In this document: one piece after another, positions 39,001 to 52,028 of the stretch
Position numbering within the stretch: the stretch's first letter is position 1
How the letters are laid out: every line of letters begins with the position of its first letter
Source of the DNA: Catajapyx aquilonaris
Lineage: Eukaryota
Reading direction: 5' to 3'
Assembly: GCA_000934665.2 (NCBI GenBank)
Contig: JYFJ02002301.1
Span: 1 to 59,457, forward strand
Length of the DNA: 59,457 nucleotides
Translations under genes and position numbers: made by a program
The notes under the pieces: generated by a model
Seen by the model: only the letters and a program-made list of their open reading frames with translations
The model's database searches: none
Told to the model about the DNA's origin: nothing

Positions 39001-42000
39001 TCGCTGTGTGAGTGTGTGTGTGTGTGAAGCCGGAAAAAGTTATGTGGTTATGTATCAGGAAAAAAAGTTTAGTCTACGAGTTCCTAATTATTTTGACGAC
39101 AATTCCAGGCAAATATATCAATAAAATCAGTTATGATTCAATGAGAGAATATATCACACATCAGATGCAAAAGTAATATTCACTGATGGTGAGTTAATGA
39201 GAAGGAAGATATTAAGTAGGTTTCTGAGAAAGGAAGAGGTGCATGAACTGTATGAGGTGAAATATACAGGAAACGCATTCCTGATACTTCCGCCATTGAA
39301 TGGGACAAGGCGCTGCACTTCACATACAATACGTAACGATAACATAAGTGAGTATGCTGATAATGCGGAGTAAACAACATTCCTCATTCACAACTCGTGT
39401 GAATCCCGTCGAGAACCCTGCCATAAAGCTTTTCAGATTTTATTATGCTATATTAGACCACGGAAAATATTTTAGACATTGTCAGTGAGAATACAAAACC
39501 TTTCTACTGATCACAGCTATGTATAGTACTGTGAATCTTAACCAGGAATCTCTCTGAGTGACCTATTCCAAATTTGTGACATTGCCTTAGCTAGGGCACG
39601 TTGTTGATGATGATGATAATTACATGAGTGTCATTCTGTGAGCCATTGTCTGTTTGTTTGCAAATAATCCAAACCAAACATTACGGATTTTAAAAATAAA
39701 AAAGCGTCCATAAAATGTGTGCAAATGTGCGTGTGGAGTCATACTCGCTCAAATATTCATTATCATACAGCTTCAGTTTTATAGCGTGAGTTATAATCTA
39801 CCCCAGAGTAAGTTTGCCCTTATCTTTTACAAGTTCCCCTGAACTCCAATATTACTGCCGTCAGATATATCGTTACGCGAGGAACTGGGACAAGGTGGCG
39901 ACCTTAGCATAGAACGTACAATATCATCCGATATTCATTGATTTATTGCGTGTTCGAGTCATGGACTGCCTTTCTACAGACTATCTATAGTACCTCGCTG
40001 AAAATAAGGCATGTTCATTGTCTCCTTATGTATACAAGTTAAACGAGTGATGATGTCATAATGAAACAGTTCAAGACGCTTAAGTTGAAGGAAGGAGATA
40101 ACAATGCGACTTAATAGTTCATAATAAACTACAGACCTGTAACTTTATTAACGGAATATAAAAATAAACTCCTTCCTGAAACCGATGAGGCGATGACCAA
40201 CTATAGGCTACACACTCTATGATCTGCAGTAATATAAGCAAGACGCAAGAGTATCAGATGGTGGCCTGCTATAATTTACTCCAAACTGGTAGGAAGATGT
40301 AATGTGAATAATTACGTTGTCAACAGCTCTCGAGTTGCCAATCACATATTCGAAGAGCGCACATAAGTGAAAGTGAACCATACTAAGACAAGTTTTCGCT
40401 AAGTTATAAGAATCGGCTGCCCTTGATATTATTCACGAGGTCAATCCCCAGAAAATCTAGTCTTATTGGTCTTGTTCTCTATATATTTCACACATATAAA
40501 CATACTTGAACATGTCGGAACACCTTGAAAACCATTTGCAGGTGAAGTGCCACATAGCCTACTGTACATAATTATCAATAATGTGACCTTACGATCAGGT
40601 GCCAAGAAAACTTGAATTCGAATGCTGGGTAGCCTTATTCTGTGCTTCCAACTTCGTAAAGTCTACATTCCAGATATTCCCAACGCGGCAAAAATTTATA
40701 AAGGAAGTAACTGGATACCAGGATGTATCCCAGAGTCTTCACTCTGCGCTACTGTTAACTGCCTCCCGAACCTGTGAGTATGTGTAGATACGCAGGACAA
40801 GGTCACTTCAAGAAGAATCTAGGGATGCCTGTATAGTCTGATTTTCTCGGCGACCTCCAGGACTTGAATTCCTTTACTTTTGCTTAGAAAAGCGGCGAGG
40901 AGCCAAAACCAGCAATTCCCGTCTCAGTTATACAATATTCCTAAAAAAAGGAAATGTCACTGTTACTGTCAGTTAGGTAATACATGTAACAATTTGCAAT
41001 AAATTTTACCGGTATGCTTACTCTATGTATAGATTCGCATGATTCTAAGAGGCTTGCAACACTATAATCAGTGGTTTAGTAGTTAGTGCTAGTGTGCTAC
41101 AACCTTCCATATATCTGAGGTCCCGTGTTCGATCCCCAGATCGGACAGATGATACTCATGTGAAAAGTCAGTGGTCTCTAGGTGTTCGCCCGGATTTTCT
41201 CGGGGTTATCTCACTTCCTCCCACAATCAAAAAATCCATCAACAATGCACCAATGCTGAATACGGTCGGGAATTTAAAGAGAAGATCCTTCGAGGTCACA
41301 GGCTATCATGTTTCATGTGGTAACCTGTTATTAGCGTTATACTATAATCAGCGGTGTGAAAATGCGTAAAACTTTTTATCGGCTTAAGACCATAAAAACA
41401 TGTCATAATTATATGGCTTGATACAGACGCCTATGTAACAGTAAAAGACATGTTTTTCACATCTTAACACATCTAAAACTGCCAATTTTGCAGCAGTTGG
41501 TGTGCATAATAATGACACGGAGTAATTATTGCTAGATTTCTTCCACTCTACGCCTAAAGACCATCATAGGATCCAGTGTTCTCAGATTCCGATTGTATCC
41601 GACCTCTTTCTGTTCCTTACCGCTGAACCTCGCCACTGTGGTGCAACTGCAACCCGCCATAAATATACAATAAGCGTCTGTATACAGGTGTGCTTATCAC
41701 ATGTAGGTTGTCAGGTCAGTGACTTACATCCTGCGCCAAAACTACGCAGTTGGCGGTACGGAAGAGTAGAATCCCTATGATGTGCGTCCTTGGAAACACC
41801 ACGTCAATCGATAGCCTTTCTGCGATTTTGCGTACGTGACTACGTCCTGCAGATCTTGTGCGACCCTGCGTGGAGTGTTACAATAAGGGGCCAAAAAGAC
41901 CACGCTCCGAGCTATAGGGGGTCTGTTGACAAAATATTACGCCACCGATGCCACGATGTAAACTGAAAGGTCGCTGTCTTTTTAAGATGCAAAATGTTGA

Positions 42001-43479
42001 CGGGCTGATAGTGATAAGCGACAGGTGAGTCTGAATAAAAACTTATCAGACGAGAAAGTCAATGAGATGTTATATAACCACCCAATGTTGAATTGGGTGA
42101 TGGGGGAAAGTTGACCCACCCAATGAATGAAAATGCAAGAAGGCCAATCCTCCAAGGCTAGACTGTTGCTCGCAGAGAAGGTCAACAGACCTATAAACAA
42201 AAAAAAGGGTCGACCGCAACGGGAGAAATTATCAATCAGCAATCGAAAAGGGGACGTGTGACGTTTGTGGCGACCACTATACCTTTCACCAATAAGAAGT
42301 AGGTCGTCATATTGAGTTTGATTGATTGCTGGTTGGATTTTCTCAATTGGCGACATTGGCCGGAGGACTGATGGTCAATGTGAGTAATTCAGTTAGTTGC
42401 TGCGACAATTCTGCGTCTTATTATGACCTCTGATCTGCGCAAAAAATCACGAGGGGAATGAACCACTGAAATGATGTCGCATTTTTTTGCTTCCCTTTGT
42501 CGCCGTCGAATTCAAAGGTCTTGTCTATTTTGATATTACCCTACGGTGTTCTATCTAGATGTGCATTAATTATTGGAATTCTATTGGAAGTTACCGAAAG
42601 CGTGACGTGCTCTATGTTTTTCATTTTTTTCAGAGCATATAGCAAGTTGGAGTGCGTGTGAACTCGTTGATACACCTAGCAAGTGATATTGCACGTACTG
42701 CAAGCGTCCTGCATATGAATATAGGAACCTGATGAAACATTTGGACGCATATGCAAGCCACACCCCCACATCTGCAGAACGACCTTTTCCATATATTTTC
42801 CGCGCTTATGATTGATGGCTGCATGATGAAAGAAGATATTCTGCGAACTTCAGAATGGTGAATATGATATACCGGATTCGGTCTCGATACTCAATCTTGC
42901 ATTAAGAGAAAGTTCCCATTAATTATTAATTATCATCACTCCTTCTCAATAATTAGATTCATATATGACATAATTTTTAGGTATACTTTTAATATTCACC
43001 ACATTTATTCGACTTTGAGCAGACAAAAACATTACCGTAGTTTCTGTATGCTGGTCAGTGACTTACGTGTATAACAAGAACTACAAATGCATTGCGTAAC
43101 TATCAAGCTGCGGATGTCTTGTACCACGTTTGGCATTAATGCGGAATAAATAAGTTGCGACCCACATCCCCCTGATATTGAATCTTTCAGCATTAACTCG
43201 TAGGCAAGGGCACCTTGTGAAACACTCACCTCCTCCATTCTGCTGACATAAGTAGGGAAATCTCCAGATGTTTCCTAATCCCACCGAGTATCCGATGACA
43301 CTTAGGAAGAATTGTATCTTGTTGTCCCAAGCAGCTCTTTCCGGCTTGTCCTCCTCATCCTCGACAATGGTGACTGTACCATTGTGGTGCTCGTTGAGTG
43401 GGTTCAATTCGGGACTGTGCAAGTCTCCGTTTCCTTCCTGCTCATCTCCGGAACCAGTGTCTTTGTTCCTGCTGGGCAT
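24013..43479 (-). CDS. SLC6 (neurotransmitter:sodium symporter) amino-acid transporter, B0AT/XTRP3-like branch (SLC6A15-20-like), 687 aa
   Basis: Eleven coding exons total 2064 nt: 43479-43230, 31522-31290, 26416-26195, 26124-26014, 25953-25712, 25633-25480, 25291-25090, 25020-24861, 24795-24633, 24559-24359, 24138-24013. Motifs: [93 protein letters not shown]. Gly rather than Asp in TM1 argues against a monoamine transporter. The long EL4 ending [10 protein letters not shown] fits the B0AT branch. An in-frame TAA lies upstream of the ATG, after an acceptor at 43525. Confidence 0.93.
41069..41240 (+). mobile_element. tRNA-derived SINE remnant
   Basis: A-box-like GTGGTTTAGTAGTTAG at 41071 and B-box-like GTTCGATCC at 41127. 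These are followed by GGATTTTCTCGGGGTTATCTCACTTCCTCCCACA, which resembles the conserved central core of V-/Meta-type SINEs. No full cloverleaf; 3' end not defined. Confidence 0.6.
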
Positions 43480-46400
43480 GATTTCTTCTTATTCTGTCCG
43501 TTCTTGATTCCTTTCTTTTTACACCTGGAACACAAAGTAGTTTCATCTAATGCTGGACGACACCCTAACATTTATTCTGTACGTTATGAAATATTGCCAT
43601 GTAAAATATTTATATCATGCAAATTATTTACTTACTTGTGCATATTTACCTAAGTAAAACTTTCATCACATATTCTACAGGACGTTAACTGATTACAAGT
43701 CTACCGGATGGCACTGGCATATTGCGTCGTAGAAAATGTCATGAAAGATTTATACACTCGGATTAAGTTATTTTATTAAAATGAAGAAGATTTTGGGCGC
43801 AGTGAGCCTGCGCAAGACATCCATTAAGATGTGGACTACTTGGCACGAGTTCCGCATAGCTGTTACTACACACCATTTTTGCTCCAAAAATAGCACTTCT
43901 AAATGGTGCTGCTCCAGTATGTTACAAAAACCACACTGAAACGCCTTCCAACTTTTCTAAAAAGCTTGCTTGGGTTCGCTAATCCCGCCCAACAGGGTCA
44001 ATTTTGTTCGACGCCTAGACGGGGCATGTCACGGTACTACCTACAACGGCGGAAGTAGGAATTATAGTTATCGCATTGTTGTTTCCTTTTTCCTCTGATT
44101 GGTTTCATTCACTTTCGGCCAGATGCGACGCAAAATTGGAAACCCGTTTAAAATATGCACGTAACTAACTTCAAGAGTAAAGGGAGCTGAACTTGACCAT
44201 TCTATATATGCTCTACAGGTTACTGCACGATAATGGTCATCAACTATACTGTCTATCTCCTTGTTATCTCATCTGCAGCCTCTTTTTGCATATGAGCAGC
44301 ATCGAGCGGTTCCGAGTCTAACTGGTGTTTTGGGTGTGTCCCGATGTCCGTGACATAGCTTCTAGAGAAACATTGGCCACACGCAGTTGTAGTGTCATGC
44401 TTTACAGCCTCAAATGAATCTACCCGTGCAGAATATTATGACGAACGCAAAATCTAAGGCGAGCTTGTCCTTGAAAAGCTGTGCAAAGTCCACATCGTCT
44501 CACACCACAAAAGTATAATGCATAAAAAACTACTAATTCGTGTCCTTCGTCCGGTTATATAATTTAAATCGATATCGAATGTTTCTGATTACAAAGTAGC
44601 GTATAAAATCTCATAATCATTTCTGAATAATAAAATATGGTGGATTTGCATGATAGTATCACTGTGTTTCACTCACTTACGATGTCCAGTGCGTAGCTCT
44701 ACGTTATCAACTTATTTCAAGCACCGCGGACATTTAACAGTAACACTAGAGATAATAACTCAAAATTTTCAAATGCCAACGAAACTGTTTTCGCCCGCAG
44801 GAATTTAGGATATTATAACACTACTGCACATGGATGGATGTCTTAAATGAATGTCGCGCCATAATATTTCCGAAATGCAAATTCCATATTTTTCATAGTT
44901 GTCTCTTGCGTCCCTGATAGCTCGAAAGCATAACTGGAGCTAAAAGCCCTACCCTGCACCTGAATAATATAGTGGTTACCTACCCTGGAAACAGTCTGTC
45001 ACAAAGTCTGTCAAGAAATATGCTTTCTAAGATTAAAGCCTTCATACCGGACTGCATCTTTGGACTTCCTTTATTATATATAACCTAATCAAACTACACG
45101 ACATCAATGTTAATAGATTCGCAAATTAACGCCACACTGACAGCACCTGCAAAACAAGTCCGTTTTTCACACCGGTATGTAGCCATAAAATATCAGCTCA
45201 AAAGTAATAGTTGCGTTTATTCCACTAGTTGTGGCCAAACCGGCCCTACCAAACTTCATTACCATGTTCAAAAGACCGCCCCCCCGACCTATACCGAACC
45301 CCCTGGAAACAAACAAGTGAAGTCAAACATTATTTACCTCCAGCAGTAAGGCGGGAATATGCCACGTGTATGTTCCACGTACGCACAACAGATGTCACGA
45401 TAACTTTAAAAACACCCGCACAACACAACACGTTTTTTAGGTACTCAGGTCACAGTCTGGACGAACTTTGTTTCAGTATAGGAAAGAGAGGGATGGGATG
45501 AGTGGAAGGACGTATTTTTGGCTAAGTGTCAACAAGTGAGAAAAAGAAACGGAAAAAAATTAGATAAATATAGAGGGAAGAACTGTGCCCGCGCTCGCGG
45601 TTGGGTGTACACTGGTATGGTGTAGACTCTGTTTCTCTCTCCCTCTGCCACCTCACAGAACCCCACCCACTCCGAAGTGTATGCGCGGGTTTCACTTTAT
45701 TGGCTACGTACAGATCGCAAGCTTTGCTGCCCAATCCGGTGCTCACCAGAGGTTGATTTGGAATTTGCCGCCAATTTTTTTGAAGGCCGTTGGAGGTCGC
45801 CTCGATCGGATTAAACATGGCAGCCAGCCAGGTCCCATTTGACCATTTGACTATTGCGTGTGTGGGAGAACTGACCTAAGGGGAGTTTCTGACAAATGAG
45901 TCATTTATAGTCGGGTCGACTGCATGAATCAGGGCTGTTGTGAAATTATTGATGGTCGATCGATGCCTACGATACACTTGATTCACTGAGTGATGCCGTG
46001 GCCGTATTTGCAAGTGTGGTGGTCGGCTCGCACGCAAAAACGGGGAAGGCTTGCATAATGTGATAAATTTACTATTGCATTTTATTTTGCAAGCTGCGTT
46101 CTGGCATATAAAAGCGGCTACTTAGCTTCATAACTTATGCCCTGCGCCAGAAGTGAAACCACATGACTTAGGATAGTGACGCCACTGCACAGTGAAGGAA
46201 ATATGCGCAGTTCTAAAAATCACCCTTTTGTTATGCATTGATATTGAGCGGATTTCCATGCAGAGAATAATATTGTAAAACTGTCGATTTTATTGCGTTG
46301 GAAATGCTAAACTTGTCAAACTCTTTGAAAATTTAATGTATTCAATTCGCAATTTTATAAACTATGCTGCCAGAAAATGCAACAACTGAAATGGGGGAGT

Positions 46401-47321
46401 AAAGTGCAGCACACACTTGTCAAGCAAAGAAACTGTAACCTTGGAATAAACCATTCACTGCACTGTACAGTTCAAAGCACTAATTTTCTCCTAAGAAATA
46501 CTGCACATCTTGGATTGTTGTTCTGTTCTGTACTGTACTACTATAGTAGATTATTTCAAATAAACAAACAAAACAAAAAATCCAACACTGCCCCTGCCTT
46601 TTATTCCTCCGGTAAGACAGGAGAAGAGTTTGTGCTGCATACTCGGTCAGGATAAAACCGTTTCTTTCAAGGAAATGATACCGCTTCGTCAGCGACTAGT
46701 ATTCAAACGACACTTTATTGGTGACCTCATTACGATGAAGGCGGTGTCATATATACCCCCAGTCACACGTTTCTACCGTATACATCGCTTTAAAATTCGG
46801 AATCAAAACAGCGCATATTGGACATTACCCAATCAATGGTGAGTTTCGTATAACCACATTACGCTGAAGTGAATCGTGGTGTTTACACTGCAGGCATAAT
46901 ATGGGGCCTTAACAATTCTGTTTAGGTTGCGACAGAAGTCGGCTGGAATTAGTAGGTGAAAATCTTGCATACCCTAAATCAAGTTCACACCCTGGATGAC
47001 GGACTTGTCGGCCTTCATAAAGCATCATAATTATGATTGGCTCTTACATAGGTGTTACTGCATAATTAGTTCTAACAAAAGTGTAGTGTACTTACCGGAG
47101 TGCTTGGGTCAAAAATGCCTGTCATTTGACTGGCTGATTGGTAGTGCAGGAACAGAAACCTCTGACCCCGTTGATCTGAAAGGCAGAATCTACCTGAATA
47201 ATGCTCCAAAACGCGCGCCACATGACCGTCACATCCGTCCCTGTCCGACAGATGGCGTGTGCCAGCAGATCCATAAAAGCAGGGATTACGATTATACGAT
47301 ACCGTATAAGCCCGCCCCATC

Positions 47322-50300
47322 ATGGCGGACCCGGAGGAGGAGGAAACATCAGGAGGGGACACCCGAGTCATGAAGGCGCCCGTTGCTGCCGCACATGCAC
47401 CGGGAACAGAGGCAGCAGCAGGGAAGGAGGAGGAGATGCCTCCCTCCGAGAAGGAAGGGGAGGTGATGCTCCAGCGGCATCGGAAGGAGAAGAAGGAGCT
47501 GCAGGGTGAGAATGGCCCACTCCCTCTTGGTGGAACTGCAGCTCATGATGGCATGGGATAGTGTAGAGTTGTAAGCAGGTGGTGTCTGGCATGGTGCAGG
47601 TGGAAGTTTGGGATTGTTGCCATCTTAGAAGTTTAACCGATCACGTGATTTAAAACTGTGCGTCTCACATTGTTTCTACTTTCCGTTCTTTTGCAAGTCA
47701 CCTAACTTTCAGTATAAAGACCAGCTTCCTTTTCAGGGCGGATTCAAGCATTGAAGAAAGGTGCATCAAAGGGAGATAAGAAGAAGAAGCGAGAAGTTGC
47801 AGAGGAGATTTGCCGATTAGAGTGGGAGCTTGGTCAGAAGCACCAGAAAGAGAGAGATGAGCTATGCACCGCTGTTAAAGACTGCACACTGCATGACAAA
47901 CTGCCAAAGGATTTGCCTGCAGTTCCAAATGGAGTTGATACAAAGACGAAAATACAACGCAAGAGGGAGAAGAGGGCACAGAAGGGGCAGGAACGGAAGG
48001 AGCACATGCTACAGGCAGAGCTGGAAGCAGAGGCTGATGCAGAAAAGTCTACCAGAACTCTGGAAGCCCGGAAGATACATGAGTTGCTGAAATCGAGAGG
48101 ATTGGCAACTCATGAAATACAGTCTGATGGAAACTGGTATGATTTCCAATCTTGTCTCATAAACGCCAAATGAGCAAGATATTTATTATTTAAAATCTTG
48201 TTAGGACTTGTACATCCAGGAATTCAAAAGAAATTTACACCTAATCACCTGGAATTTAATCACTGCCAGGCAGTGTTGTTATTTGTTTACCATCAACCAT
48301 GCAATCCACCAGTACCGGTATGCCAAATTGTATTAAGGGGACCAAATGGTAACAATGAAATGCAGGCCATCAAACATTACAGATATTGATGCCTTCTAGG
48401 CATTGCTTGTAATTGTGGGAGTACGTGGGACTGAAAATTGCCAGACAGTAGATTATTGTGCCTATCTGAGGAGACCTACTTCATCCTTACATATAGAGCA
48501 CCTACATAGCAAGAACCTTACTGTAGGCTTTTTGAGAAGAAGGGCCTAGGGCTGGCCTTAGCTAGGTGCTTCATCATAAGGTGGATCATCGAGGTGGATC
48601 TTATGGAGCACATTCTGTGCTGCAATGATGAGTGGGAGGGAATGAAACAGTGAGTTTGGGGAGATGGAAGGAAGGCAGGAGGAAAAGATAGCAGTTGACG
48701 TCAATGACGACTGTCGGATTGGGAAGAAGGCTGGATGTAGTATTATGTAAGGTTTGCTGAACTGATCTCAGCTGCATGACCATCTCACCTGCACTACACA
48801 GAAATAGTCCAGGTGCTAAGGGACAAATTTGGCCCAAACTTTTCATTTTGTGACAAAAGTATGAAACTTGGTACACTTGTTGGACTCTTCTGATCATATC
48901 TGGACGTGGGGCCACGATGACCCACCTCGATGGAGGGCACTCTCGCGGGGTTGGCATATCTAACAGAATATGCAACATGCGTTTATGTTTGAATAGGGAA
49001 CTTGCATTTGGTGACAAAAACATGAAACTCGGTACAATAATTGTTCTTTGAACACTTCCGAACATATCTGGACGTGGGGCCACAATGACCCACCCCAATG
49101 GAGGGCACTATCACTATGTTGCACTGTGTTGCACTATGTTGCACATTCTCTTAGATATCTAAGACCCGGACTAAAAGTAGCTGGATGTACAGCAACTGAA
49201 CAAGTGTGCAAAATGTAGCATTAAACAGGGTTACTTTGAGGCAGGCATCTTCCTTTTTTGTCCAAGATGTTTGCTTGCAGGTTCTGCATGCCTCAATCCC
49301 ACATATGTGGGTCCGCGATAAACTCTGCGAAAGAAAACTCGGCGAATGACCATTCGGCGACTACCATTCGGCGAAAATGAAATTCGCCGAACGTATTTTT
49401 CGGCGACAGGCGCATTCACCGAAAACTGTTTTCGGCGAAATTACAATTGGGCGAGCACACTTTTCGGCGACAGGACAATTCGCCGACTCTTCGGTTAATG
49501 GAAACAGCGAGTAATTTATTACCGCTAGTCGACTATGTCTGTCCAATGGGGAAGTATAGTCAGCCCTGTTGATATCTCCCTAATCACCTGACTTCCACGA
49601 AGCGTTGTGTATAATTATGCTTTGGTCATTATTTCCCTGACGCACAGACAGGAATGTTGCAAAGTGAGAGAGGCAGACCAAAGCTGGTGGAGTGTGGTTT
49701 TGTGTATGTGAAGGATAAGTCTCACGGAGATAAGGTGAGTGTTTAATTGCCGAGACCTACCAACGAAAACATCCTTGTATATTTGAAGAATGTGACTTAT
49801 AACATCTCTTATTAGACGAATTATTATGTATCATTCCATATATGAAGAATGCTGTGACTCATAATATCTCTTATGAAGATGAATTTATACGTAATGTTTT
49901 ATCAGAATAATACAGTACCTGCTACATTCTATCCGATCCATCGCTCCATTCTCTTCTGTGTCTATTTCTATCTCATCGAAAAGCTTTTTCAGCGAATTGT
50001 CCTGTCACCGAAAAGTGTGCTCGCCCAATTGTAATTTCGCCGAAACCCGTTTTCGGTGAATGCTCCTGTCGCCGAAAAATACGTTCGGCGAATTTCATTT
50101 TCGCCGAATGGTAGTCGCCGAGTTTTCTTTCGCCGAGTTTATCGGGAACCCACATATGTGTGATGGCAGATATCACCTGACTAAAGCGGCGTTTACATGT
50201 GAGCGATTTGGCAAGCAAAGTCATCGCCTAGTGACATGACCAATATTGTTTGAGGTGAAAATAACAATTGATTTTCGCCTCTAACAATACTGGTTACTTG

Positions 50301-52010
50301 GGTTACTCAGCGATGATATCGCGCTATCAAATCGCTCACATGTAAAGACACCTTGAGGCTTGCTTGTGGAAAGCAGAAGCACTTATCATTTTATGTGCAA
50401 CACTGCTTTAAAAGTAAGGGGCACTAGGTACAGATTAAATTCACATCAAGTAACTGGTCCACCAATCTAACATCTCAGGAGGTCCCTATGTTAAGTCGGA
50501 ATGTCTTGCTCCTGATCTGAACAAGTACACCATGTTCACCTTCTTTTTAGTTATTACACTGTAGCTTGTGTAAATCCATATGTACACAAACCTTATTGTA
50601 ATGTATGTTCAAATAGTGCAACATCTTGTTATCAGCTTATAACCATTATAACAGTGGTTTCCAACCTTTTACCAACTGCGACCACCTAAACATGTTTCCA
50701 TAAATGTACCACCTCCCCCCCCTTCCACCCCTCCCACGGCCCCTTCTACAACTGACCCCTTTCCAGAAAACATACACTCTGTATGACCACAAAAATGGTT
50801 CAATTGACACAGAAAATTGCGAAAAAAAAAGTAGAACCGATGCTTGCGACCCCCCATGAATTTGCCCGCGACCCCCCATGAATTTGCCCACAACCCCGCT
50901 GGGGGTTGTGACCCCCTGGTTGGAAACCACTGAATTATAATAACTGCTCTCTTATCATCCTCAGTATGTATGCTGCTGTGGAGCATCAGTTGAGCCAACA
51001 AGGGGATATGATCTCATTTCGTTCATTACGGCAGAAGACAGCAGATTACCTGCAGTCACATCCAGATGAATTTATACCATTTATGTGCAGCCCAGCAACT
51101 GATGGACCCATGACGGAGATTGAATTTGCCGAATATTGTGACACCATTGCTTCAACTGAGGCATGGGGAGGACATTTAGAGGTAATTCTCTCTGGATTAC
51201 ATTTTTCATGCATGTGACAACCCTGTATGGGACCTGCAGTTGAAGATCTTATGCATGCTTTTCCTTTAGATATTACATATCCACAACTAGTTCATTGAGA
51301 CCTGGTTACATTTTTTGCAGTATCCACTACATGAAAAATGCCACAATGCATGTGCAGCTCATAGTTCTACTGTCAGTCAAGCTTATGATTGAGGGAAAAG
51401 AGAAAATAGTAATAGGCAACTATTTTGAATGTTGCATATTATTCCTAAGCTTCTCCACCCATTCTTCATTCACCAAAGTTTCCAATCCCTTTATGAATAT
51501 ACAGTTGACTCCAGTTATAACAGCTTTGGCTATAACAGATTCTCAGTTAAATATCATACTCGAAAGGCTGGTCTCACCATACTTCCGTATATGGACTGTA
51601 CATTTGGCTATAGCAGACCTTAGTTATAGTAGACTGTCCCTTGAAGTCTGTTATTTCCAGAGTCGACTGAAGTAGGTTTTATTAGTGCAGTGGTCCAGAA
51701 CCTGAGCCTGTCTGCAAGTGCTATGGATTAAATTGCTAGGAGTTAACATTGACTTTATTATGTAACCATTTTAAATTACAGTGGACAAAGGAATAATGCT
51801 GTTATTATTTTTTAGTTGCAGGCACTCTCTCAGGTCTTGTGCAGACCAATTGAAGTGGTACAGGCAGAAGGACCATCAATCAAAATAGGTGATCAGCAGA
51901 AAGGACTCCCCATTCTTTTAACCTACCATCGACATGCTTTCAGCCTGGGAGAGCATTACAATTCTGTTGAGCCTGCTACTGAAACTGTCGAACAGCTAAT
52001 ACAACTTTGA
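47322..52010 (+). CDS. OTUD6B: OTU-domain deubiquitinase OTUD6B, 331 aa
   Basis: Exons 47322-47505, 47737-48136, 50965-51181, 51816-52010 total 996 nt. N-terminal RHRKEKKELQGRIQALKK..KGDKKKKR coiled coil; OTU motifs IQSDGNC(MY)AAVEHQL, WGGHLELQALS, LTYHRHAFSLGEHYNSV. Confidence 0.93.
48805..49173. mobile_element. Putative non-autonomous DNA element with short TAGTCC..GGACTA termini (Academ-like?) and an internal ~105-110 bp direct duplication
   Basis: Left TAGTCCAGGT and right ACCCGGACTA, flanked by AAA on both sides. Two diverged copies of ATGAAACTTGGTACA..CATATCTGGACGTGGGGCCACGATGACCCACC..ATGGAGGGCACT (about 48836-48941 and 48999-49109), then a 10-bp unit repeated three times at 49112-49144. 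Confidence 0.5.
49310..50150 (+). mobile_element. Non-autonomous Mutator-like (MULE/Phantom-type) foldback element with a FLYWCH-like exon remnant
   Basis: TIRs of about 160-177 bp (49310-49486 and about 49991-50150) built of TTCGGCGA repeats. Perfect target duplication CACATATGTG at 49300-49309 and 50151-50160. Internal 49654-49734 encodes MLQSERGRPKLVECGFVYVKDKSHGDK, followed by GTGAGT. Confidence 0.82.
50185..50353. mobile_element. MITE, PIF/Harbinger-like
   Basis: Inverted termini share TTTACATGTGAGCGATTTG exactly; flanked by TAA and TGA (3-bp TNA-type target). Confidence 0.65.
50652..50932. mobile_element. hAT (Charlie/Buster-type) MITE
   Basis: Perfect 15-bp TIR CAGTGGTTTCCAACC / GGTTGGAAACCACTG; 8-bp TSD CATTATAA / AATTATAA (7/8, nnnTAnnn pattern); subterminal GCGACCCC repeats. 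Confidence 0.85.
51502..51669. mobile_element. Tc1/mariner-pogo-type MITE in OTUD6B intron 3
   Basis: TA|CAGTTGACTC ... GAGTCGACTG|AA termini, with internal TATAACAG/TATAGCAG repeats. Confidence 0.65.
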
Positions 52011-52028
52011 CCATCTGTGATACAAGCA

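Noticed and set aside
41071..41145. Possible tRNA gene
   Set aside because: A and B boxes are present but there is no acceptor or anticodon stem, and a SINE-like body follows.
49330..49490. Regularly spaced TTCGGCGA units resembling a CRISPR array
   Set aside because: Units are about 8 bp, occur in both orientations and are mirrored in a second arm; eukaryotic intron context with no cas genes. It is a transposon TIR.
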